From the NCBI GenBank assembly GCA_003023465.1, contig PXSM01000125.1:1-46538 (forward strand): DNA of 46,538 nucleotides. The letters are read 5' to 3'. The position numbers and the translations under genes were made by a program. The stretch is from Halobacteriales archaeon SW_6_65_15 (lineage in GTDB: Archaea > Halobacteriota > Halobacteria > Halobacteriales > Haladaptataceae). Position 1 is the first letter of the stretch; each line of letters begins with the position of its first letter. The notes beneath the pieces were generated by a model. That model was given only the letters and a program-made list of their open reading frames with translations, was not told where the DNA came from and made no database searches. Below are positions 28,491-37,607 of the stretch, piece after piece.

Positions 28491-29357
28491 TCAGGCGTCG
28501 TCCGACAGGTCCCAGTCGGCCTTTTCCGCAGCGGTTTCGAGGGGAACGAACTCCCAGCCGGCCCGCTCCGCGATGGCTTGCTCGCCGTCGACGCCGACCA
28601 GGACCATCCGCTCGGCGTAGAACATCGAGTGTTCGTCGATGTCGGCGAGTCGCTCCGCCGGTTCCTGACCGGCACCGCTGAAGAAGTCGGCGTCGATCTG
28701 GTGCTCGCGCTGGAACGCGTTGATCTGGTGGGCCGGAACGTCGCCCACGATGCCGATCCAGTCCGCCCAGCCCTTCGCGTCGATGACCGCGAACCGCGGG
28801 TCGGCCAACCGACGGGCGGCGTCGTAGGTCAGCGCCATCGTCATGTCGTCGACCCCGCCGCCGTGGGGCCCGCTCGCCGACCCCGCCCCGGCGTCGGCCC
28901 CGGCTGGCTGGTCCGCCATCTCGCCGGCCCCGCTCCCGCCTCGGTCGACCGCACTATCCGCGGCCTCGTCCCGATCTGCGGCGCCGCCGCCGGCCCCGCC
29001 GCCTTCTACCGGGACGCCGACGGGACGGTCGTGGTTCGCCCGCGGGACGCCGGGAAGCGAGTCGTTCCCGGAGTCCGCTTGCTCGCTGGAGTCGGTACCG
29101 GAGTCCGCGTCTTCGCCGGAGTCGGTACCGGAACCCGCCTCCTCGCCCTCGGCCGAAGGTTGGCCTTCCCCGTCTGACGTCCGGAGCGCGTCCGCGTCGT
29201 CGGTCCCCGCCCGGTCGGGGGCGCCGTCGCCGAACCACAACCCGTCGGGTTCGGCGTCGGGGTCGCCCTCGCCGCGCCAGAGCCAGTCGCCTCGGTTCGC
29301 GTCCGGTTCGTCGTCGGACTCTGTGTCCATCTCGTCCAGGTCGATGCTGTCAGTCAT
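28491..29357 (-). CDS. DUF7124-like protein with acidic disordered N-terminus
   Basis: MTMALTYDAARRLADP...WADWIGIVG...AEKADWDL C-terminal domain; ATGA overlap with AOR stop; 30-nt repeat near 29058-29148. Confidence 0.72.
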   Translation of the reverse strand: MTDSIDLDEMDTESDDEPDANRGDWLWRGEGDPDAEPDGLWFGDGAPDRAGTDDADALRTSDGEGQPSAEGEEAGSGTDSGEDADSGTDSSEQADSGNDSLPGVPRANHDRPVGVPVEGGGAGGGAADRDEAADSAVDRGGSGAGEMADQPAGADAGAGSASGPHGGGVDDMTMALTYDAARRLADPRFAVIDAKGWADWIGIVGDVPAHQINAFQREHQIDADFFSGAGQEPAERLADIDEHSMFYAERMVLVGVDGEQAIAERAGWEFVPLETAAEKADWDLSDDA

Positions 29358-31029
29358 GGTCGTGTGGTGGCGAGTTGCGTTCCGTCGTCGATAGCGTCGG
29401 CGAGGTCGAGTCGGTCGACCGTCTCGCGCGTCGGTCGACCGTCGGGCGCCCACCCGCGCTCCGCGTAGTAGGCGTCCAGCATCGCGTCGAAGCGGTCCGG
29501 GTCGATGCTCGCCCCCGGACCGTCGGGTGCCTCCCGGAGCGCGGGCGGGAGTTCGTCGTCCGCGCGCGAGACGCCCTCGCGCACGTTGAACAGCCGCGTC
29601 AGCGTCCAGATGCGCTCGCCGACGGTTTCGAGGTCGCCCGCGGTGTCGAGGCCGACGGCGTCCAGCCACTCCGCGCCGAGGTCCTCGAACACGTCGCCCA
29701 CGAAGTCGTCGACGACGAGGGACCACAGGACCGACCGCTGGTTCTGTTCGTCCGCGACGGCCCGGGCCGCCCGGCGGGGGCCCCAGCCGCCGTCGAACAC
29801 CTCGCGCTCGACGGTCCGCGCGCGACGGTGGCAGGCGCCCCGGTCGCTGGTCGCGTACGCCAGCGCCATGCTCTCGGCGCCCCGAGGGTCGTAGGCGGGT
29901 AGCTCCATCGCCTTGACCGTCGGGATGAGGTCGGCACCGCCGTAGCGGTCCCCGGCGGCGTCGACGCCGTCGGCCAGCGCGTCACCGATATCAGCCCCTC
30001 CTGGTTGGCGCGGACCGCCCACGCCACCGCGCTCCCGGCGCTGATGAGGTCGACCCCGAGCCGGTTACAGGTCTCGCCGAGCGCCGCGACGGCGTCGAAC
30101 TCGTCGATGCCGAGGCCGGCGCCCAGCGACATGGCCGTCGCGCCGCGCGGGATGGTCTCGCCCTCCTCGGTGTCGATGCGGAACCCGCGCTCGTCGTCGC
30201 CCTCGTAGTCGCGTTCGCGCGCGCTGTCCCGGACGGCGTCGATACCCACGTCGCCGGCCCCCTCGAACTCCGTCTCCTGCCAGCCGCGGGTCGAGAGCGC
30301 GCCGACGGCGTTGGCGAAGTCGACCGTCTCGACGGTGCCGCTCGACCGCAACCACTGTCCGGTGCTGTCCTCGCGGTAGCGGTCGGCGTACTCCTCGCGG
30401 AGCGCGGCCAGGCCCGCGGGCGGGTCGCCGCGAACGACGACGGCTTTCAGCCGCTTCGACCCCATGACCGCGCCCGCGCCGCCCCGGCCCGCGTGGTGGT
30501 CGCCGCCGTCCGAGGCGATGGTCGCGTACGCGACCTCGTGTTCGCCCGCCGGCCCCACGCAGGCGACCGCCGCCTCCGGGAACGCCTCTGCCGTCGTCGC
30601 GGCGTCCTCGCCCCACGTCGAGGCCGGTTCGACGGTCGCGTCGTCGTCCTCCACGACCAGCCTGACGGGCGACGACGCCGCCCCCGTGACGAGGATACCG
30701 ACGTGGTCCGACAGCGCGCCGGCCAGCCTGTCGGGGAACTGGCCGCCGGCGTACGAGTCGAGAAACACCCCGGTGAGCGGCGACTTCGTGACGGCGGCGT
30801 AGCGCGAATCCCCGGGCAACAGTCCCGAGACCGGGCCGAGCAGGAACAGGAGCACGTTGTCGGGCCCAAGCGGATCCGTTCCGGCGTCGAGTTCCTCGTA
30901 CAGGTAGCGGGCCCCCAGCCCCTTGCCGCCGACGTAGCGTCGCCGCCACTCGTCGGGCACCGGGACGCTCTCGACGGACTCCTCGGCGAGGTCGACCCGG
31001 AGGATGCGCCCGGGTGTGCGAATCGACAT
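29354..31029 (-). CDS. Aldehyde ferredoxin oxidoreductase family protein, frame break at about 29990
   Basis: ILRVDL, GGKGLG, KSPLTG..DSYAGG, AGRGGAGAVMGSKRLKA, D.ISAG, ELPAYDPRG, TSDRGACH, YY..RGW. Confidence 0.85.
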
Positions 31030-31116
31030 CACGTCGCAGTAGGGAGGTGTGTTCACAAAAGCGTTGCTCCCCGCCAACGGCCGATACTCGTGTAAAGAAC
31101 GTCCCGATCCGTCGCG

Positions 31117-31137
31117 TTCGGTCGGAATCCGACCGAA
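31117..31137. promoter_or_regulatory. Perfect palindrome between divergent AOR and taw1
   Basis: ttcggtcgga-a-tccgaccgaa. Confidence 0.45.
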
Positions 31138-31191
31138 ACCGGCGCGCGCAGAGGAAAGAACGTTTTAGCCTCGGGGCACATCCCACCTACA

Positions 31192-32082
31192 ATGAGCGAA
31201 TCGGACGGCCCCAAGCAGGTGGACTCCCCGGACTACCACCACGAGAACCACACCGCCGCCCAGACCTGCGGGTGGACCGCCAACGCCCTTCGGGGAGAGG
31301 GCAAGTGCTACAAGAACATCTTCTACGGCATCGAGTCCCACCGGTGCATCCAGATGACGCCCGTGGTGAAGTGCAACGAGCGGTGCGTCTTCTGCTGGCG
31401 GGACCACGCCGGCCACGCGTACGAGCTTGACGGCGTCGAATGGGATGATCCTGAGGCGGTCGTGGACGCCAGCATCGACCTCCAGCGCAAGCTCCTCTCG
31501 GGGTTCGGCGGCAACGACGAGGTACCCCGCGAGGACGCCTTCCACGACCGCGACATCACCACCTTCCTCGTCTCGAACGGCACCCGGCCCGAGGTCCTCC
31601 GGGAGTGCGACCCGACCCAGCTGTACGTCAGCGTGGACGCCGCCGAGCGCCACACCTTCGACGAGGTCGTCAAGGCGATGGAGGACGACGCGTGGGAGAA
31701 GCTGGTCGAGACGATGGACGTGCTGGCCGAGAAGGAGGAGACCCGGACGGTCCTGCGGACCACCCTCGTCGGCGGCGAGAACGTCCACCACCCCGACTGG
31801 TACGCCGGGTTCTACCGGCGCGCGGACCCCGACTTCGTGGAACTCAAGTCCTACATGCACGTCGGCGAATCGCGGGACCGCGTGGCTCGCTCCTCGATGC
31901 TCGACCACGAGGAGGTCGTCGAATTCGCGGAGGCGATACAGGAGCACATGCCCGACCACGAGTATCTGAAGGAGGTCCCCGTCTCGCGGGTCGCCCTGCT
32001 GTCGAAGACGGACGATACGTGGGTGCCGAAGCTGAAGAAGGGAAGCGAGTTCTGGAACCGGGACCCCGTCACCGGGGACTGA
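31192..32082 (+). CDS. taw1: 4-demethylwyosine synthase (radical SAM) with in-frame internal deletion
   Basis: CYK..FYGIESHRCIQMTP, CNERCVFCWR, LVSNGT, ELKSYMHVG; SLxGEP segment absent at 31533. Confidence 0.88.
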   Translation: MSESDGPKQVDSPDYHHENHTAAQTCGWTANALRGEGKCYKNIFYGIESHRCIQMTPVVKCNERCVFCWRDHAGHAYELDGVEWDDPEAVVDASIDLQRKLLSGFGGNDEVPREDAFHDRDITTFLVSNGTRPEVLRECDPTQLYVSVDAAERHTFDEVVKAMEDDAWEKLVETMDVLAEKEETRTVLRTTLVGGENVHHPDWYAGFYRRADPDFVELKSYMHVGESRDRVARSSMLDHEEVVEFAEAIQEHMPDHEYLKEVPVSRVALLSKTDDTWVPKLKKGSEFWNRDPVTGD

Positions 32083-32127
32083 TTGCTGCTCCGCGTCATC
32101 GCGATGCAGGTACTGACGACCATGTGA

Positions 32128-32824
32128 ATTGGCACCACGAACGGATCGGAGAACGTGAGCGTCGTCGGACCCACGAACCTGTCGTCGGTCGATTGCGAGT
32201 CGTTCAGCGCCGCAGGTGCGACGAAAGTGGACGACGGCGTGAAGGCAAGAACGGTCTCGCTCAAGGGAACGACGACCGTCGGCGGCGACGTGAAGACCGA
32301 GGAGTTCTCGGCCAAGGGCTCGACCAACGTCGCCGGGGACGTGACCGCCGGCGAGATCGTCACGAAGGGTTCGACTCGCGTGGACGGCGACCTGCGAACC
32401 GACCGTCTCGAAACCAAGGGGTCGAGCAAGTTCGGGGACGTGAATGCCGAGACCGTCTCGGCAAAAGGTGCGCTGGCGGTCGCGGACCTCGTCGCCAACG
32501 AAGTCGATATTCGGGGCGTCGTGAGCGCGAATCGGATTCACGCCGACGAGTTCTCCCTCGAAATGGGCGGCGGCGAGTCCACCGTCGAAGCCATCGTCGG
32601 CGGGACAATCTCCGTCGAGCGCGGCGACTCGAAGGGGGGGCTCGACGTTGGCGGAGGCTCGAAGGGGCGTCTCGACGCCGGAACCCATCGAGCACACGAG
32701 CGCCGACGAGGTGACCGGCGAGAAGGTTCGAATCGGCCCCGGTTCTCACGTCGGCGTCGTCCGCGCCGGGGAACTCGACGTGGACGAGGACGCGACGGTC
32801 GAGCGGACGGAAGAACTGAGTTGA
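32128..32824 (+). pseudogene. Polymer-forming cytoskeletal (bactofilin/YhbF-like) beta-helix protein, disrupted
   Basis: Repeating xKGSTxVxGDV units; frame change at about 32686 to IEHTSADEVTGEKVRIGPGS; in-frame stop at 32125 and no clear start. Confidence 0.7.
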
Positions 32825-32837
32825 AAAGAACGGGGCG

Positions 32838-33284
32838 CTACGGCCGGGGAGCGTTCTCGGCCGCCCGAACGTCGTCGGGCTTTTCGACGCGGGCGTAGAC
32901 CGGCCGCCACGCGTCGGGATCGAACAGGCCCACGTCGTCGAAGAGTTCCCGCGCCCGCGTCGTAAACCGATAGAACGTCCGGACGTTCGACTCGGCGTCG
33001 TCGGGCTGTTGGCCCGGTTCGTAGGACAGTTTTTCGAGGACGTCGGCGTCTACGAGTTCCGCTAGCCGGCGGCCGATGGTTCGGCGCGACACGTCGGGGT
33101 TCATCCAATCGAGTTCCTTCTCGCTCGGCGCACCTTCGGGATGGCCCGCGACGTCGATCAGCAAGTCGTGCGCAACGTCTTCGGTTGCGACGTGCAGGAG
33201 GCGTCGGCGAGTTTCAGCCGAATCTCTCTCCGGAGCATCCATTTCGCCACCGGGATGAACGGCCGTAGATTCGTGTTCGGCCAT
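32838..33284 (-). CDS. ArsR-like winged-helix regulator
   Basis: HPEGAPSEKELDWMNPDVSRRTIGRRLAELVDADVL...RTFYRFT. Confidence 0.75.
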   Translation of the reverse strand: MAEHESTAVHPGGEMDAPERDSAETRRRLLHVATEDVAHDLLIDVAGHPEGAPSEKELDWMNPDVSRRTIGRRLAELVDADVLEKLSYEPGQQPDDAESNVRTFYRFTTRARELFDDVGLFDPDAWRPVYARVEKPDDVRAAENAPRP

Positions 33285-33323
33285 GGGCAGTTTCTACGTA
33301 CAGATAGGTGAGACGGACTTAAG

Positions 33324-33350
33324 AAGCTTGTGCAGATTCTGCACATGCTT
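33324..33350. promoter_or_regulatory. Palindromic operator between divergent genes
   Basis: aagc-t-tgtgcaga-t-tctgcaca-t-gctt, next to TATA-like cttaag. Confidence 0.6.
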
Positions 33351-33413
33351 TACCGTAGTCGAAAGTGACTGGATTTCCGAAGGTTTACGAGTTCGATACG
33401 ACACCATCCACCC

Positions 33414-34043
33414 ATGCCCGGGAACGGGACAGACGAAGACGGCGACGTGACGGCAGCAGGTCAACTTTCCGTGCTCCTCGACGAGTACGAGGCGTTCACC
33501 GGCGAGCAGATGGACCGTAACGACTACGCAGACTTCAAGCGCGCAATCGAAACCGAAGTGGTCCCGATTACCGAAGCCGACCGTTCGTTCTTCGTCCTCG
33601 GGAGCTACGACGGCGAGGACGAAGAACGGCTCCGTCTCGTGGAAGAACGGCTGGACGCAGTCGGCAAACCGTTCCTGCTGAAAGACCTCGACGCCTTCGA
33701 CGACCTCCTACTCTGGACGACGCAGTTCAAGGTCATGGCGAATCGCGCGACCCACATCGTCGGTCTCTACGAGCACTCCGAAGGCGGCCACGAGTGGGAA
33801 GCCGGATGGCTCGACCACGAACCGCATCGCGGGAAGTTCACCGCGTTCAAGCGCGACTATCCGGACCTCGAATCGAAGGAAGAGCCGTTCGACGGGATGT
33901 TCGCTCACTTTCTCGAAACGCTCGCAGCGTTAGAGCAGATACATCGGTTCGACGCGCCGACGGACGCCTCGGAGGAGGAAGTCGAACGAGGCCTGAAAAC
34001 GTGCCTCAGTGACTACAAGCGAGAACTCCTCGCAGGGAAGTGA
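33414..34043 (+). CDS. Hypothetical protein, possible NDT/TIR-like flavodoxin fold
   Basis: 209 aa; FFVLGSY..RL..PFLLKD..ATHIVGLYEHSEGGHEWEAG. Confidence 0.7.
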   Translation: MPGNGTDEDGDVTAAGQLSVLLDEYEAFTGEQMDRNDYADFKRAIETEVVPITEADRSFFVLGSYDGEDEERLRLVEERLDAVGKPFLLKDLDAFDDLLLWTTQFKVMANRATHIVGLYEHSEGGHEWEAGWLDHEPHRGKFTAFKRDYPDLESKEEPFDGMFAHFLETLAALEQIHRFDAPTDASEEEVERGLKTCLSDYKRELLAGK

Positions 34044-34143
34044 ACAGGCCTCCGAACGTCGAAAGCAAAAGGATTAGGAGGGAGTAATCGATATTTCGAT
34101 ATCCGACCGAATCTCGATTCGTTTCCACGCCTCGCCGCCACCA

Positions 34144-34157
34144 TCCCAATTCTGGGA
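34144..34157. promoter_or_regulatory. Candidate RbkR operator upstream of ribK-ribB
   Basis: tccca-attc-tggga just upstream of TATA-like ttatacttaaa. Confidence 0.4.
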
Positions 34158-34207
34158 ACCATACCGCTTCCGTTATACTTAAACCGCGAGCGACCGGAGT
34201 GACTGGT

Positions 34208-34915
34208 ATGTCAGCGACACGGCCGCGCGCAGTCGGGTACGACGAACTCGCGGCGCTCAAGCTCCTCGCCCTCGACGGCGGACTGGACGGCGAGGTCAAG
34301 GTCTCCTGTTCCGGTCTCGCCGACCGACTCGACGCCTCGAACCAGACCGCCTCCCGACGCCTCCAGCGACTCGACGACGCGGGACTCGTCGAGCGCGAGA
34401 TGGTCAGCGACGGTCAGTGGGTCTCCATCACCGACGACGGCGAGTGGTCCCTGAAGCGCGAGTACGAGGACTACCGTCGCATCTTCGAGACGCCCGCCGG
34501 AGTGGACCTGACCGGGGCCGTCACCAGCGGGATGGGCGAGGGTCGCCACTACATCTCCCTGCCGGGCTACATGGAGCAGTTCGAGGAGCGACTGGGCTAC
34601 GAGCCGTTCCTCGGCACCCTGAACGTCGAGTTGACCGACGAGAGCGTCCGCGCCCGGTCGGCGATGGAGGCGCTCGACCCCGTGCCCATCGACGGCTGGG
34701 AGGACGACGAACGGACCTACGGTCCGGCAGTCTGCTACCCCGCGGTCGTGGAGACGCAGGACGGTGAAATGTGGGAGCAGGCCCACACCATCGCGCCCGA
34801 GCGCACCCATCACGACGAGGACCAACTGGAGGTCATCGCACCGGTCAAGCTCCGGGAGGAACTCGGACTGGAGGACGGCGACCACGTGACCGTCCACGTC
34901 GAGGAGGGGCCATGA
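34208..34915 (+). CDS. ribK: CTP-dependent riboflavin kinase with N-terminal HTH (RbkR)
   Basis: [12 protein letters not shown]; [31 protein letters not shown]. Confidence 0.93.
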   Translation: MSATRPRAVGYDELAALKLLALDGGLDGEVKVSCSGLADRLDASNQTASRRLQRLDDAGLVEREMVSDGQWVSITDDGEWSLKREYEDYRRIFETPAGVDLTGAVTSGMGEGRHYISLPGYMEQFEERLGYEPFLGTLNVELTDESVRARSAMEALDPVPIDGWEDDERTYGPAVCYPAVVETQDGEMWEQAHTIAPERTHHDEDQLEVIAPVKLREELGLEDGDHVTVHVEEGP

Positions 34916-35469
34916 GTCGGGCCGTGTCGGGCGTCGAGGCCGCCCTCTCCGCGTTCCGCGAGGGGTCGCCGGTCCTCGTCCACGACGCCGCCGACCGCGA
35001 GGGCGAGACCGACCTGATCTATCCGGCCGGCGCGGTCACTCCCGAGGCCGTCTCGCGCATGCGCAACGACGCGGGCGGACTCGTCTGCGTCGCGCTCTCG
35101 AACGAGGTCGCCGAGGCGTTCGACCTGCCCTTCCTCGACGACGCGCTCGACCACCCCGCGGCCGGGGACCACGACCTCGGGTACGACGACCGCTCGTCGT
35201 TCTCGCTCCCGGTCAACCACCGCGACACCTACACCGGGGTCACCGACGAGGACCGCGCGACGACCATCACGGAACTCGCGGGCGCGGCGGCCGACCCAGA
35301 GGGAATCGACTTCGCCGCGGAGTTCCGCACGCCCGGCCACGTCAACCTCCTGCGGGCCGCCCCGAACCTGCTGGCCGACCGCGAAGGCCACACCGAGTTG
35401 GGAATCGCGCTGGCCGAGGCCGCCGGCGTCCCGCCCGCGGTCGTGGTCTGCGAGATGCTCGACGATGAT
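34912..35469 (+). pseudogene. ribB: 3,4-dihydroxy-2-butanone 4-phosphate synthase, C-terminus missing
   Basis: DAADREGETD, GLVCVAL, TYTGVTDEDR, FRTPGHV, REGHTE, VVCEMLDD then abrupt AT-rich sequence. Confidence 0.88.
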
Positions 35470-35632
35470 AGTATTGTTTGTATAAGAAATAATCTCGTGG
35501 TTTTACCGGCGTCTCGTCGGAGTTTCTCCATCCTCGGGAAGCCATCGGTGTCGCAGCGATCCGTGCTTGGCAACTGCCCACCCGCGACGAACCGTCAACA
35601 CTCATTAAGGAGGCCTCCGATTGTCCGGACGT

Positions 35633-36565
35633 ATGAGCTTCGACGAGATGGACGTGGACACGATCTGGATGGACGGCGAGTTCGTCGATTGGGACGAGGC
35701 ACAGGTCCACGTCCTCACGCACGGCCTGCACTACGGGAGCGGCGTCTTCGAGGGCGTACGCTGTTACGACACCGAGGAGGGACCGGCCGTTTTCCGGTGG
35801 GACGAGCACCTCGAGCGGCTATACGACTCCGCGAAGCCCTACGATCTCGAGATCGACCACGAACCCGAGGAGCTGACCGAGGCGACGACGGAACTCATCC
35901 GGCGACAGGACCTCGCGTCCTGCTACATCCGTCCCATCGCGTTCTACGGCTACCACAGCCTCGGCGTCAGCCCCGGCGACTGTCCGACCCGGACCGCCAT
36001 CGCGGTGTGGCCGTGGGGTGCGTACCTCGGCGAGGAGGCGCTCGAAAACGGCGTCGAGGTGATGGTCTCCTCGTGGCGCAAGCACGCCTCCAGCCAGATT
36101 CCGACCAACGCGAAGACCACGGGGCTGTACGTCAACAGCATGCTCGCGGGCGAGGAGGCCCGCCGGAACGGCTTCGCCGAGGCCATCGTCCTCAACAAGG
36201 AGGGCAACGTCGCCGAGGGGCCCGGCGAGAACCTCTTCCTCGTCCGCGACGACGAAATCTACACGCCCGGGCTCGCCGAGAGCATCCTCGACGGCATCAC
36301 CCGCCAGTCGGTCGTCACGCTGGCCGAGGAGATGGGCTACGAGGTCCACGACGGCGCGACCATCTCGCGGGGCGAACTCCACACCGCCGACGAGCTATTC
36401 TTTACTGGCTCCGCGGCGGAGGTCACGCCCATCCGACAGGTGGACAACGTCGAAATCGGCAACGGCGGCCGGGGTCCCGTCACCGAGGAGATTCAGTCGC
36501 GGTTCTTCGACGTCGTGAACCGGCGCACCGACGACCACGAAGAGTGGTTCACGTACGTCGAGTAG
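35633..36565 (+). CDS. ilvE: Branched-chain amino acid aminotransferase
   Basis: HGLHYGSGVFEG, AKTTGLYVNS, EGPGENLF, ILDGITR, FTGSAAEVTPI. Confidence 0.95.
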   Translation: MSFDEMDVDTIWMDGEFVDWDEAQVHVLTHGLHYGSGVFEGVRCYDTEEGPAVFRWDEHLERLYDSAKPYDLEIDHEPEELTEATTELIRRQDLASCYIRPIAFYGYHSLGVSPGDCPTRTAIAVWPWGAYLGEEALENGVEVMVSSWRKHASSQIPTNAKTTGLYVNSMLAGEEARRNGFAEAIVLNKEGNVAEGPGENLFLVRDDEIYTPGLAESILDGITRQSVVTLAEEMGYEVHDGATISRGELHTADELFFTGSAAEVTPIRQVDNVEIGNGGRGPVTEEIQSRFFDVVNRRTDDHEEWFTYVE

Positions 36566-36610
36566 CGAGGGTTTCCCCCGAGTAGTGAGGGTTTCCCTCG
36601 AATAGCGAGG
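36561..36610. repeat. 20-nt x2.5 tandem repeat at the ilvE stop (possible terminator)
   Basis: agtagcgagggtttcccccg / agtagtgagggtttccctcg / aatagcgagg. Confidence 0.7.
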
Positions 36611-36662
36611 TCCACGCACCTCGGAGAGTAAGGAATCACGCGAAGTAGAGCGACAGATTCGC

Positions 36663-37271
36663 TTACTGCGCGGGCGGAGGCGTCTCGTCTTTCTCGTCCT
36701 GCACGTCGATGGGGATGCCCGACTCGCTGGTCTCGCCGAACCCGGCGCTCAGGACGCGGGTCAGGGCGTCCTCGACGGTCTCGTCGGTCTCCTCGAAGTC
36801 GCTGGGGTCCATTTCGACGACGAACCCGGTGGTGATGTTGGGCGCGGTCGGGAGGAAGAGGAGTTCGCGGCCGTCTTCGGTCGTCTTGCCGGTCTTGAAC
36901 GCGGTCATCCGCATTCCGTCCCACGTCTCCAGCTTGACCGGGGCCTGCAGGTCGGTCGTGTCCGAGAGCGCGGTCTCGGCCGCCATCTTCGAGGCGTTGT
37001 AGACGACCCGGAGACCGGGCAGACGGTTCATCACGTTGTCGATGGCCCCCTCGACCAGCGACCCGACTGCGGTCCGCATCATGTAGCCGACGCTGAGGAC
37101 CAGCATCGTGAACACGACGATAGTCAGTGCGACCTGATACAGCTCGTTATCGACGCCGGGAAGCGGAACCTGCGCGATCTGTTTGTACAACCAGTGGACG
37201 ATGTAGAGCGTGACGATTATCGGTAGGAGAACCACGAGCCCACTCGCCGCGTCGCGTTTCCACGAGGACAT
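36663..37271 (-). CDS. DUF502 family membrane protein
   Basis: GLVVLLPIIVT, RLPGLRVVY, FLPTAPNITTGF. Confidence 0.9.
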   Translation of the reverse strand: MSSWKRDAASGLVVLLPIIVTLYIVHWLYKQIAQVPLPGVDNELYQVALTIVVFTMLVLSVGYMMRTAVGSLVEGAIDNVMNRLPGLRVVYNASKMAAETALSDTTDLQAPVKLETWDGMRMTAFKTGKTTEDGRELLFLPTAPNITTGFVVEMDPSDFEETDETVEDALTRVLSAGFGETSESGIPIDVQDEKDETPPPAQ

Positions 37272-37607
37272 TTATCGGGAATAACCGACTGCAGGAGTAT
37301 AAACTAGGTGTTATTCGCTCGCCCGGTCACGACGACGGTCCGTTCGACCGACCGCGAGAAGGCTCGCCGCGGACGACACCCGCGACGTATTCGGAAAGCG
37401 ATGCATCTGCCTGCACGTTCTTATCCCGAGCAGACGACTTGCCCAGAACCGTAGTGGTATCCGCAACCCCAGGCGAAGAACTTAAGCACGTGTTCACCTC
37501 CAGTAGAGTGTTAGCAACCACCACAGGCATATCTTTCTGAATATTTTTATACGGATTATTACAACACGCGGTCACTACCCGACTCGCCACCTGATTTACC
37601 GTCCGGC

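Noticed and set aside
34771-36585. 604-aa ORF suggesting a RibB fusion
   Set aside because: Read-through caused by the missing ribB 3' end; it runs out of frame across ilvE
36561-36610. CRISPR-like array (also 16565-16599 and 25114-25152)
   Set aside because: Tandem repeats with no unique spacers, too short, no cas genes
37272-37607. Possible small ORF or sRNA between DUF502 and proline dehydrogenase
   Set aside because: No ORF with haloarchaeal codon bias and no convincing structure
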